From a virus (Duplodnaviria; Caudoviricetes), in the IMG/VR virus record IMGVR_UViG_3300045118_000099, positions 1-30,571 of that record: DNA of 30,571 nucleotides. One strand, given 5' to 3'. Shown in pieces: positions 9,168-17,630 of the stretch; positions within the stretch are counted from its first letter, which is position 1; each line of letters opens with the position of its first letter. A program made the translations under genes and the position numbers. A model generated the notes under the pieces. That model was given only the letters and a program-made list of their open reading frames with translations, was not told the origin of the DNA and did not search any database.

Positions 9168-10304
9168 TTAAGTAAGTGGAATAAAATTAAGATTTGATAT
9201 TGTATTTGCATTGTCAGTTAATCGCCAATAATCATTTTTTTTAATTGGATAAGTAACATGATAGTGTTCGTTATCTAATCCAGTAATACCAACTACACTT
9301 GTTTGCGGTGGATTATTGGCATCTGATTGTAATACCATCAATTTAGTGCCGGCAGCAGGAACACTTACTTCAAAAACTAAAAATCCAGCTGTTGTTTCTT
9401 GAGTAGTAGTATCTACGCTTCTTGCCGATGGCGACCCGATAGTTGGGGTAATGGTTTCTATTTTATCGTAAACAGCATTTTTGGTTGGCGGTTGTAATAC
9501 TCCATTCCAACCAGCACCATAAGTTTCATCGGCAAGCAATATGCTGCCAGTAAATTGTTTAATTCCCGCCACTGATTGATTTGAAGTTGTATCAACATAG
9601 GGCATAGATACAATTGAAGAAGGGGGACTAATTAATTGAAACACAGAACTAACTGAATCAAACTCTAATACTCCAATCATAGAAGCAACAATATCAGTAG
9701 TAGCAGGGTTGGTTAAATCTTGTCTTTTTATTCTTGCCGCCACAGAGCCAGAAGAACTTGTAAAAACCTGCAAAGCCATTACAGAACTTGTAGGAGCGGC
9801 AGGGAATTTTATTACTAATCCTAAACCATCAGAAAGAATAGATGGATTTTCAGAAAGTTTTACCCCATACACTGAACCAGACATTACAGAAGCTCTTGCG
9901 TAAATATAAGTTTGGTTCTGAATTGCCGCAGCATTAGCCACTCCAGCCCATTTTACACCTGTTGCTTGTCCACTATCTGCTGTTAGGGCTTGGTCATTGC
10001 TTCCCACTGCTAATTTACTTAAAACCGAAGAAGACTGAGCCACTAAAATATCACCTTTAGTAAAAGTGGTCTGTCCTGTTCCACCTTTGTTTGCTGATTG
10101 AACATGCCCACCCCCACCCGAAGCCGCAGCCCTAATATCATAGATTAAAGTTCCTGCGGCAGAAGACAAAGTGCCCACAAAGGTCTCTAACTTTGAAATA
10201 GCATCATTTTGAGCCGTTTCGATAGATGAATGAGAGGGCGAATTTAATTTATCTGTGGCTATTGGGTTTGAAATTGTTGAAACTACACTTGGAAATGTTG
10301 ACAT
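9168..10304 (-). CDS. Tail fibre/spike-like virion protein
   Basis: 378 aa, S/T/A/G-rich, with a fibre-type segment GGTGQTTFTKGDILVA...LSKLAVGSNDQALTADS..ATGVKW. Confidence 0.65.
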   Translation of the reverse strand: MSTFPSVVSTISNPIATDKLNSPSHSSIETAQNDAISKLETFVGTLSSAAGTLIYDIRAAASGGGGHVQSANKGGTGQTTFTKGDILVAQSSSVLSKLAVGSNDQALTADSGQATGVKWAGVANAAAIQNQTYIYARASVMSGSVYGVKLSENPSILSDGLGLVIKFPAAPTSSVMALQVFTSSSGSVAARIKRQDLTNPATTDIVASMIGVLEFDSVSSVFQLISPPSSIVSMPYVDTTSNQSVAGIKQFTGSILLADETYGAGWNGVLQPPTKNAVYDKIETITPTIGSPSARSVDTTTQETTAGFLVFEVSVPAAGTKLMVLQSDANNPPQTSVVGITGLDNEHYHVTYPIKKNDYWRLTDNANTISNLNFIPLT

Positions 10305-10307
10305 TTT

Positions 10308-10505
10308 TTAACTTGGTTTATTTATTTTTGTATAAACTGAACCCGTAGGTCTTGAAACACCTGTATAAACCCCACTTTCACCACTATCATAAAAACTTGT
10401 TGAACTATCATAAGCAGTGTCCACATCATCAAAAACTTGTTTTCCTATTGGATTTGCATTTGTATAATTTGCTCCTGTTGGTTTTGATACATTTGTATAT
10501 GGCAT
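10308..10505 (-). CDS. Small virion-associated protein with YTxxxxPxG repeats
   Basis: Likely start ATG 10505 (65 aa). Repeats YTNVSKPTG / YTNANPIG / YTGVSRPTG / YTKINKPS. Confidence 0.6.
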   Translation of the reverse strand: MPYTNVSKPTGANYTNANPIGKQVFDDVDTAYDSSTSFYDSGESGVYTGVSRPTGSVYTKINKPS

Positions 10506-10509
10506 ATTC

Positions 10510-11199
10510 CTAAAATTCAAAGCCATCAACACTTAAACGCTGTGCTTGCGTAGGTTGTTGAGTGCCTCTACTAATAGTTGCTATTAACTCGTCTACTCTT
10601 TTTTCGTATTTTGCATTGAACGCATCTCCTTCATTCATTTTACTCAATGAATACAAATAACTTGCCGCCACTCTCCAACCCAAAATTCTATAATCAAGTG
10701 TTACCGGATAAGATAAAGTGTCTGTAGTCGCCGTATATTCGGTTGGCTTTAAAAAATAAAACATCCTTATAAGTTGTGAAACATTATGAGAAGAAGTGGG
10801 TGTTGGAAATATCTCATACCAATCTCCCCTGTCATCAAATTGAGGTTCTTGCGTGCTAGCGTTAGTTCTTAACCAACCGAAAGACACATTGCCCTGTAAA
10901 TTAGAAACATCCACCTGTGAAGCTCGCTTATAGTTTTGTGGAGTTGTATCTGCATAATTTAATTCTATTGCCTTCAAAAAAAACATATCACTTGGATAAA
11001 GATATGTTCCAGTATTGACTGTTCCGTCCCTATAAGCCTCTTGAAGCTGTGAAGCATCCACCCCTCTGGCTATTAACTTTCGGTGAAAATCTGTTAATGC
11101 TTCGTTAGCAAAAACTATGAGGTTCGCATTTGTGAGCCCATTTGAATCTGTTTTTGCTTGTATTCTGGCGAAAGAGCCAATATCCGCTAATGTTGACAT
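10510..11199 (-). CDS. Putative head-to-tail adaptor (head completion) protein
   Basis: 229 aa, first gene after the MCP. Helical N-terminus (LIVFANEAL), central Y.YPSD and IFPTP beta segments, helical C-terminus, typical of adaptors. Confidence 0.65.
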   Translation of the reverse strand: MSTLADIGSFARIQAKTDSNGLTNANLIVFANEALTDFHRKLIARGVDASQLQEAYRDGTVNTGTYLYPSDMFFLKAIELNYADTTPQNYKRASQVDVSNLQGNVSFGWLRTNASTQEPQFDDRGDWYEIFPTPTSSHNVSQLIRMFYFLKPTEYTATTDTLSYPVTLDYRILGWRVAASYLYSLSKMNEGDAFNAKYEKRVDELIATISRGTQQPTQAQRLSVDGFEF

Positions 11200-11220
11200 T
11201 TTTTATTTAATTTAATTTTA

Positions 11221-11264
11221 TTCCCTCACGAAAGCCCTCACAAGAAGGGCTTATCATCAAGAAA
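11221..11264 (-). terminator. Long hairpin downstream of the major capsid gene (terminator or mRNA-stabilising stem)
   Basis: Core inverted repeat AAGCCCT(11232-11238)/AGGGCTT(11246-11252), extendable with G-U pairs on the minus-strand RNA. No strong U-tract. Confidence 0.5.
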
Positions 11265-11276
11265 CAAAACTAATTA

Positions 11277-12341
11277 TTAACTTGAAACCGCACTCTCAAC
11301 TCTTGCAATTCTATATACTCCAACTGCATCCTCGAAACGGGTTATACCCAATGAAACCTTACCACCAATACTTGTATAAAGATTTAATGGATTATTTGAA
11401 TCAGGTGTAGTTACAAGAATTGGCTCTGGTTGCTGGAAGAATCCCCAACCAAAAGACTGCTCGCCCAACACAGTTGTCGGGAAAACATTTACAGTTGATT
11501 TAAAGTAATTTTGCCAAGCTGACCTTAGATAGCGAATGCCTCTAAAATCACCTAAAGCTCCTGCCCTCAAATCGTCAACTGAAGTATATCTTCCTACATC
11601 GTTGAATGACCCAGAAGCAGTATTAGACATTAAGTCTGTTTCTGCAAATGGATGAATTACAGCGACATAGTATTTTCCTTCATAAGGCCTCAATCCAGCA
11701 GCATTTGAAGCCGCCAAATTCCTATAAGCCTTATTCATTTCAGTTTGGGTAAGCAAATCACCAGCTGCCAAATTAGCTCTGGATGTTTTTTCTCCGGCAT
11801 AAATTACTCCTTGAGTTCCAGCGTTTACAACTGTCTGAATTGCTGTATCAACCAATCTGGCTAAAGCGTTTCTAACTTGCATTACGCAAGCATCAACTAC
11901 TTCAATAGCCGAATTATGAACCAACAAATCAGAGACAGAAACCAATATACCCCACTGATATGGACCAGATGAATAACTGGTAGAACCCCAAGTAATAGCT
12001 GATGGGTTTGTTCCTTCGGTTATTGCAGCCACACCCTCAGTAGATGATACTGGGAAACCTCTGGCTGTTGCGGTCTGTCCGCCTTGTATTGAAGCACCAG
12101 CTCCAAATACAGAACCTCCTAAAGCTCCCTCAATAGAAACATTGATTTTTACAGGAATTTGGTTAGTTTGTGGAAATACAATCCTATCATAGCCTTTTGG
12201 AGAATCTCTTCGGACTCCCAATCTAGCATATTGTAATTGTGGTTCCAATACTCTAATCTCGTCCCTAATATAACCAATTAATAATTCAGAAGCATTTGAT
12301 GACGCACCGCCCCAAGCCGCTGCTCTTACTGTTACTGCCAT
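11277..12341 (-). CDS. Major capsid protein (HK97 fold, N4-gp56-family-like)
   Basis: 354 aa after the scaffold. Motifs ITEGTNP, QWG..VSVSDL, YVAVIHP...DL, GALG.FRGIR. Confidence 0.85.
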   Translation of the reverse strand: MAVTVRAAAWGGASSNASELLIGYIRDEIRVLEPQLQYARLGVRRDSPKGYDRIVFPQTNQIPVKINVSIEGALGGSVFGAGASIQGGQTATARGFPVSSTEGVAAITEGTNPSAITWGSTSYSSGPYQWGILVSVSDLLVHNSAIEVVDACVMQVRNALARLVDTAIQTVVNAGTQGVIYAGEKTSRANLAAGDLLTQTEMNKAYRNLAASNAAGLRPYEGKYYVAVIHPFAETDLMSNTASGSFNDVGRYTSVDDLRAGALGDFRGIRYLRSAWQNYFKSTVNVFPTTVLGEQSFGWGFFQQPEPILVTTPDSNNPLNLYTSIGGKVSLGITRFEDAVGVYRIARVESAVSS

Positions 12342-12360
12342 TTAATTTACAACTCTCTTA

Positions 12361-12873
12361 TTAAGTAAAACTTATATCTCCTCTGTCTATTGCCTTTAAG
12401 ACTTCTGTTCGTTTTTCTTCACGAGACATTTCGCTTAAAGGTTTTGATTCTCCTGTTGCAGGAGGATTCGTTGCCGAACCTCCGGCAGGATTATCCTTTG
12501 GCGATTGAGGCATAGTTAATTTGCCTTCTTTTGCCAAAACTGCTACCGCAGCATCTTCAACTGAATATCCTCCTAAGACTTTTTCCTTAATTTTATTCTT
12601 ATATTCTTTAGCAGCAGGATATTTATCAGTTGTATCAGAGAAAGCAGAATAAAACTCTGCTTCTTTTTTAGCGGAATCTCTTTCAGTTTCAAGCGTTTTT
12701 TTAGCTTTCACTAATTCATCCCGCTCTTTAGATGTAAGTTTAACTTTATTTGAGAGCTGTCTAATTCTTTTTTCGACCTTGCTCTCTTGGACATCATCGT
12801 CCAACTGGACATCTTCTTGAGTGTCCTCTTCTATGACATCATCTTTAATGTCATCCGTATTTTCATCTGCCAT
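12361..12873 (-). CDS. Capsid scaffolding protein
   Basis: Acidic N-terminus, VEKRIRQL coiled coil, P/G linker and C-terminal LSEMSREE helix, immediately upstream of the MCP. Confidence 0.75.
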   Translation of the reverse strand: MADENTDDIKDDVIEEDTQEDVQLDDDVQESKVEKRIRQLSNKVKLTSKERDELVKAKKTLETERDSAKKEAEFYSAFSDTTDKYPAAKEYKNKIKEKVLGGYSVEDAAVAVLAKEGKLTMPQSPKDNPAGGSATNPPATGESKPLSEMSREEKRTEVLKAIDRGDISFT

Positions 12874-12881
12874 AATTTACA

Positions 12882-12957
12882 TTAACAAGAAAGGCGAACT
12901 CCTTGTTAAGATTTAGTTATTATTTTCATTGTTTTTAGGGGACTAACCTAAAAACAA
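12882..12957 (-). promoter_or_regulatory. Two tandem RNA hairpins in the scaffold gene leader
   Basis: Perfect 11-bp inverted repeat TTGTTTTTAGG(12929-12939)/CCTAAAAACAA(12947-12957). A second stem TTAACAAG/CTTGTTAA spans 12882-12909 and ends 8 nt before the scaffold ATG. Confidence 0.55.
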
Positions 12958-12958
12958 G

Positions 12959-13354
12959 CTATTGAGAAACGAGAAAGCGTTTCTCGTGTTTCTGAGAACA
13001 GGTATAAGAATTGCACCATACTATTAGTTTATTTGGATTATCGGGGTGAGCTGCGATATTAAGAACGCTATGATATACAATATCATCAGGATTCTTTGAT
13101 TCATCGCAATATGAACACCTTAATTGTCCAATATCCCTAAAATGCGGGCAAAGCTTATATTGGTCTTCTGAACGAACATTAGGGTCAATAATACCGCAAT
13201 ATTCGCAGATGCCACCTCTTACTTGAGGCCAACGCCTTGTAACAGGCACTGTTCTCGAACCCTGTCTTTCAATCGTAGGCTTTACCTGTTGAACAGGAAT
13301 AGCCTGAGGTTCAGGAGCCTTTTGAGCCACCGTGCTCGGGTTTTTTTCTACCAT
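12959..13354 (-). CDS. Zinc-finger-like hypothetical protein
   Basis: 131 aa with CEYC...CPH, CSYC and CNSYTC...H motifs. Confidence 0.7.
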   Translation of the reverse strand: MVEKNPSTVAQKAPEPQAIPVQQVKPTIERQGSRTVPVTRRWPQVRGGICEYCGIIDPNVRSEDQYKLCPHFRDIGQLRCSYCDESKNPDDIVYHSVLNIAAHPDNPNKLIVWCNSYTCSQKHEKRFLVSQ

Positions 13355-13374
13355 ATTTTTAAGAACTTATTTAA

Positions 13375-13710
13375 TTAACGACCTTTTAACTGTTGTTCTA
13401 TCTTTTTTAACTCTAATCTATACGCCTCGCTAAATCCTTTGAAATCAGCATACTTGCTAAGAACTTCTATCTTTCCTTGAAGTCTTGCAACCTGCTTATC
13501 ATCTTTCTCAACGCATAATTGATTAACAAAAGAATCTAATTGACCCTGAAATATCTCTTTTTCAAGAAATTTCCAATGGTTTGATTGAGCAAGAGAATCA
13601 ATTGCTTCTATAATTTTAGCAATTTTTTCTTGCCTTGCTCTAAGCATTGGTTGAACATCAATCTCTTGCTCTTGTTCTAATGTATTTTCAATTATTTTTG
13701 AGTTATTCAT
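13375..13710 (-). CDS. Hypothetical helical protein (portal-to-scaffold region)
   Basis: 111 aa with L.QS.HWK.L...RLQGKIEVL pattern, typical of the small helical gene between portal and scaffold in podo-like phages. Confidence 0.7.
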   Translation of the reverse strand: MNNSKIIENTLEQEQEIDVQPMLRARQEKIAKIIEAIDSLAQSNHWKFLEKEIFQGQLDSFVNQLCVEKDDKQVARLQGKIEVLSKYADFKGFSEAYRLELKKIEQQLKGR

Positions 13711-13711
13711 G

Positions 13712-14257
13712 TTATGTTCCTGCCGATTGACTGTTAACCATAACCTGTGTAGTTACGGAACAAACACCTGTTACGGCCGCACCCACAATCATGAAAGTGC
13801 GGGCATTGCGACCTAATATCGGAAGACCTGTAACTCCTCCTGCTGCAACTGATGTAGCCTTTCCAATTCCCTGATATATGCTCGCAGAACCAGAACCAGA
13901 AGTGGAAAATACGCTATCTGGTGTGATAATACTTGAAGTTACTGTAACATTTAATACTGTCGTTTTAGCGCCAATACCAATTACAGGAATTGATAACCAT
14001 TCTGCATTTTGTCCCACAGAATTAGAAACAATACTTGTCCTTGCTACATCATACCAATTAGTGCCTCCATCATCTGATGTTTGCAAAACAGTGCTTACTC
14101 CTGCTCCCGCAGTAGAAGCCATAAATTTAACTACGATATTGTCAGCATCCTGTGGAATAAGAAAAGTATTTGCTATTCCTCCATTTGTTGAGGCAACACC
14201 AAGCAACCCATTATTTTGGGCATTTAATACTGTCGTTAGTGGTAATCTTATTGACAT
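13712..14257 (-). CDS. Putative virion structural/decoration protein (beta-sandwich)
   Basis: 181 aa, S/T/G/A/V-rich, with VLQTSDDGGTNWYDV beta-hairpin motif. Confidence 0.6.
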   Translation of the reverse strand: MSIRLPLTTVLNAQNNGLLGVASTNGGIANTFLIPQDADNIVVKFMASTAGAGVSTVLQTSDDGGTNWYDVARTSIVSNSVGQNAEWLSIPVIGIGAKTTVLNVTVTSSIITPDSVFSTSGSGSASIYQGIGKATSVAAGGVTGLPILGRNARTFMIVGAAVTGVCSVTTQVMVNSQSAGT

Positions 14258-14332
14258 TTTATTTAATCTTTAATTGTTTATATTTCGACCTTTGCTGTGC
14301 CTCGACAGCGTTGGTTTTTGCTTCTTTTGGCA

Positions 14333-14449
14333 CTACTTTTTCTTCTTCTTTCCCCTAATTTTACTGCCATATTCTCTTGTCCATTTTGTTGCAATATCAG
14401 GGTGTTTTGCCCACATATATCTACGTTGTTTTTTACTCCTAAATGGCAT
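14333..14449 (-). CDS. Small basic phage protein (MPFRSKKQRRYMW-type), 38 aa
   Basis: Hand translation MPFRSKKQRRYMWAKHPDIATKWTREYGSKIRGKKKKK*. It starts just after the upstream stop and resembles the MPFKS..QR..W mini-proteins I recall from environmental phage head modules. Below the ORF-track cutoff. Confidence 0.75.
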   Translation of the reverse strand: MPFRSKKQRRYMWAKHPDIATKWTREYGSKIRGKKKKK

Positions 14450-14453
14450 ACTA

Positions 14454-14681
14454 TTATTTGTTAATAAAGTCAATTACCTCATTGACCTTATCTCTTAACT
14501 TATTAAAGTCTTCCCGCCCGAAATCACCTGAAAATGGGGCAATCTTAATTGGTGCTGGCTTTGGTTCAGAGATTATTTCAGGTTTTGGCTCTTCGGGGAC
14601 AACAGGACTTACATTTTCTACCTGTATAGGTTCTTCTGCCTTTGTTGGTTCTACTTTTGTTTTTTTAGTTCCTTTTTTCAT
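14454..14681 (-). CDS. Hypothetical protein (P/E/K-rich, C-terminal helix)
   Basis: Likely ATG at 14681. C-terminal FGREDFNKLRDKVNEVIDFINK. Confidence 0.65.
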   Translation of the reverse strand: MKKGTKKTKVEPTKAEEPIQVENVSPVVPEEPKPEIISEPKPAPIKIAPFSGDFGREDFNKLRDKVNEVIDFINK

Positions 14682-14689
14682 ATTCACTT

Positions 14690-14722
14690 AAAAACGCCAA
14701 ATCCCACATTGAGATTGGCGTT
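14690..14722 (-). terminator. Putative intrinsic terminator/attenuator
   Basis: Minus strand reads AACGCCAATCTCA-ATG-TGGGATTTGGCG-TTTTT: a GC-containing stem followed by 5 U, in an intergenic gap. Confidence 0.55.
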
Positions 14723-14747
14723 GCTTTGTGCTTTACCGCCTTTTATA

Positions 14748-14939
14748 CTATTGTTCGACCTTTGTCGAGTTTGTGTTTCGTCTTGCTATCTTGAAGTCCA
14801 CTTTCTCTGCATAATTATTGGAAATATGGACAGACATATATGTTCCCCATGGGTCAATGGCTATTTTCATAACATCATAAGGCCTTAAATTACTTATCAT
14901 TTCCAATAATTTTTTCTCGTCTTCATTAAATAATTCCAT
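14748..14939 (-). CDS. Hypothetical protein
   Basis: 63 aa, TAATG-coupled to the upstream gene. Confidence 0.6.
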   Translation of the reverse strand: MELFNEDEKKLLEMISNLRPYDVMKIAIDPWGTYMSVHISNNYAEKVDFKIARRNTNSTKVEQ

Positions 14940-15349
14940 TAAAATTCAACAGACAAAACACTGCCTGTTCCTGTTGATATTATTGCGAACCTTCGATATA
15001 GACCATATTCTCTATTTACTCCCTGCACACTTGTTACTTGTGGATTACTCTCTATTGGAATAACAAACCTTCTTACTGTTCCCACTGGAATAATATGGTC
15101 AAAATTAGCTGTTCCACCTGCTATTGTTACAACGCTAGCTGCAGTATCTGAAGTCGCTATCCATTTTAATGCGGCAGAAGTTGTAATAGCCGCTATTTCC
15201 AAAGCAGTTGTATCGTGAGTTACTGAAATCACAGAAGAAGCAGAAGAATTGTCAGGAGCATACCTCGCCAAAGCTAATTTTGGAGAAGGATATTGTTGCA
15301 TTGTTGCATCAGTCTTATCTTTTGGAAGCCTTGGTGCATAATTTATCAT
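14939..15349 (-). CDS. Putative virion structural protein (beta-rich)
   Basis: 136 aa, S/T/A-rich, ATGA-coupled to the portal gene. Confidence 0.6.
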   Translation of the reverse strand: MINYAPRLPKDKTDATMQQYPSPKLALARYAPDNSSASSVISVTHDTTALEIAAITTSAALKWIATSDTAASVVTIAGGTANFDHIIPVGTVRRFVIPIESNPQVTSVQGVNREYGLYRRFAIISTGTGSVLSVEF

Positions 15350-17220
15350 ATTTGTGATTGATTAGTTTGATTTATTTCTGTTTTAAGCGGTGATGCCGCT
15401 TCTTGAGGCGACCTTTTTTCTGCTCCCACATTTAATTGTGGTTGCATTTTTTGCATTTGCATTTGTTGCATTATTTGTTGTTGTTGCATTATCATTTTCT
15501 TTTGTTCGGTTAATCTCGCTTCATGTTCTGCTAAGTGAAACCATATAGCGTTTGTTTTTGGAAATACAGCCCTATGAATATAAATATGCTCTTGGTGATT
15601 TTCTTCTTCGTTTGTCTGAACATAATTATCTTTAGAAAGTATTTCATTTTCTTCTCCGGCCCTTAACTCATCTAATGTTTTAGGAAACATTGTGTCTATT
15701 AACGACGGGTCTTCTAAGAACTTAGGAAAGAACACATATTTATTAAAATTTCTCATTCCATCTGGGCCAATAGTTTGAACCAAATTAGGATATAACTGCA
15801 TTAAATCTCTTCTTAAAACCAATTCTTTGTATTCTGCTTCTTTGGCTGAATAAACAAATATGCCTGGAGGAAAATCTGTATTGAAATCTTTGAAATCTAT
15901 TTCAGTTGATTCAACTCCCTTTACTCCCACTATGTTAGCTATTTTTGTTTTTAATTCTTTGCCATTTTTTGCATATCTATGGAACCAATGACTCCAAAAC
16001 TCTGATTCTCCAAATTGTAAAACCTTTGATTGCAATGATTGTGCCATATCGTTTAATTGTTGGTCTATCGCTCGTTCTGTGGCTGTGGTGGGTTTTCCTT
16101 TAACAGGTTGCAACACTTGCCCTGTTCCCATTGGTTCATTGGCTTCTTGAGTTAAAAGAGATATAAACGCTATAAGCCCTTGAGACATCGGGTCTTCGGT
16201 ATTCAGTGGCCAAACAGCATCTTGACTTTCCATTGGAATATGTTGGTTAATCTGTCTTTGAAAAAACTGGCTTATGTCTTTAACCTTATCAGGATTATAA
16301 CCGTAAATTGGATTAGCCCTATCTTTAGCGGCTATAAAAGCAAGATTAAGTAATACAGACTTTGCTCTATGCTTGTCTTCCAACAAATCAGCCACAGAAA
16401 ATACAACTGACGAATGTGGTTCTCTAAACGCTTCTTTTACCACAATAGGCCATTTTGACAATCCTTCTTCCTCATCATCTTCTAAATCTAATTTCTCTTG
16501 CATTAAAATCTTGCTAAATCCTTTATCTAACCAATAAACAGTTTTGTTTCCCTCGTCATCATATCCATAAAACTCTAAAATTTGGTAAACATCTCCTGCT
16601 ACCGTATCTACGGCTGGCTCTATTGTTTTCTTGGCAGCATCTCTCTTAACCTTATAATCCCATAAATCAGACTCAATTCCACTTGGTATTTCCTTTGGGT
16701 CTTTAATGCCAGTAATAATACCTTTCTTAATAAGCCGTTTTAAGTCCCATTTGCTCTTTGTTATCCATTTCCAATAATATCGCCACTCTTGCACATTTTC
16801 AAAATACGGGTCATAACCAAATACTAACGGATTGATAATGTGCGGCTTCATTATCTTTTGCTTTTTGTCAAACTGCAAAGTCTCGCAATATCCTCTGCCA
16901 AAAAATAATGTGTCCCATACCCAGTCATAGTCAATCTTTGATTTTGACATTTCCAAATAGTCTGATTGGGATAAAATGTTATACGAATTTATCTGATTTT
17001 GAGTAATACCCTGCGAAGGCAAAAACTTAATCTGCAATTTATTATCATAAAGGCTTGATAATAAACGATTAAATAAAGTAAGCAAAAGCGTTGAAGCTAT
17101 ATTTTGGTCTCCTCTTTGTAAATTGTTAAGCAGGACAAGTTGTTTTACTTGCCTTCGCTTCCTTTCTGATAAAAAGTTTTGGCTCTCTCGATAAAAACTT
17201 TCTATGTTCTCGGGTTTCAT
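15346..17220 (-). CDS. Portal protein (P22-like)
   Basis: 624 aa, downstream of TerL. Segments DTLFFGRG, DPY, P...SVADLLED, TTATE, and a Q/M-rich C-terminal tail. Confidence 0.85.
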   Translation of the reverse strand: MKPENIESFYRESQNFLSERKRRQVKQLVLLNNLQRGDQNIASTLLLTLFNRLLSSLYDNKLQIKFLPSQGITQNQINSYNILSQSDYLEMSKSKIDYDWVWDTLFFGRGYCETLQFDKKQKIMKPHIINPLVFGYDPYFENVQEWRYYWKWITKSKWDLKRLIKKGIITGIKDPKEIPSGIESDLWDYKVKRDAAKKTIEPAVDTVAGDVYQILEFYGYDDEGNKTVYWLDKGFSKILMQEKLDLEDDEEEGLSKWPIVVKEAFREPHSSVVFSVADLLEDKHRAKSVLLNLAFIAAKDRANPIYGYNPDKVKDISQFFQRQINQHIPMESQDAVWPLNTEDPMSQGLIAFISLLTQEANEPMGTGQVLQPVKGKPTTATERAIDQQLNDMAQSLQSKVLQFGESEFWSHWFHRYAKNGKELKTKIANIVGVKGVESTEIDFKDFNTDFPPGIFVYSAKEAEYKELVLRRDLMQLYPNLVQTIGPDGMRNFNKYVFFPKFLEDPSLIDTMFPKTLDELRAGEENEILSKDNYVQTNEEENHQEHIYIHRAVFPKTNAIWFHLAEHEARLTEQKKMIMQQQQIMQQMQMQKMQPQLNVGAEKRSPQEAASPLKTEINQTNQSQI

Positions 17221-17630
17221 TTTTTCTTTTTACTAAAAATATTTTGCAAGGTTGTGGGTCTGTCAAATATACTTACTCCCCATCTTGCTTCGCACAATAC
17301 AGCTATGCGATAACCTTTATTATTAAAAATTATTTTAGGGTCATGGTCTTCTCTTATTGATAATCCATCTTTCCATAAAAAATCTCTTATGTATTTTGCA
17401 TGACTATTAAAAAAATCCTGCTTGTTGTTTTTAGCACGCTCTATTTCTTCTTTCATTATACGCTTTTTCCAGTCAAAGTCAAATACTCGCACAATTAGTT
17501 TTTTACCAGTAGCGCTATCTATCAAAGGCGTATCAGCTTTTATGGCTAAATCTCGTTCTGTCCATTCAGTATTTTTACCTAATCCTTTTTCAATTCCTTT
17601 TCTTTCTTCTGATTGATATTCTTTAACCAT
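17217..17630 (-). CDS. Hypothetical protein between TerL and portal
   Basis: 137 aa, overlapping both neighbours. Confidence 0.7.
   Translation of the reverse strand: MVKEYQSEERKGIEKGLGKNTEWTERDLAIKADTPLIDSATGKKLIVRVFDFDWKKRIMKEEIERAKNNKQDFFNSHAKYIRDFLWKDGLSIREDHDPKIIFNNKGYRIAVLCEARWGVSIFDRPTTLQNIFSKKKK

Noticed and set aside
1-10304. Diversity-generating retroelement targeting the fibres
   Set aside because: No reverse transcriptase and no TR/VR repeat pair seen in the window; one elsewhere in the genome cannot be excluded.
14262-14370. Overlapping short ORF (MAVKLGERRRK...) or TAG readthrough of the 38-aa gene
   Set aside because: No supporting motif; the region is more simply the leader of the 14257 gene containing AAAGGTCG.
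15440-15500. Gln/Met low-complexity repeat in the portal C-terminus
   Set aside because: A common feature of P22-like portal tails, not a separate element.
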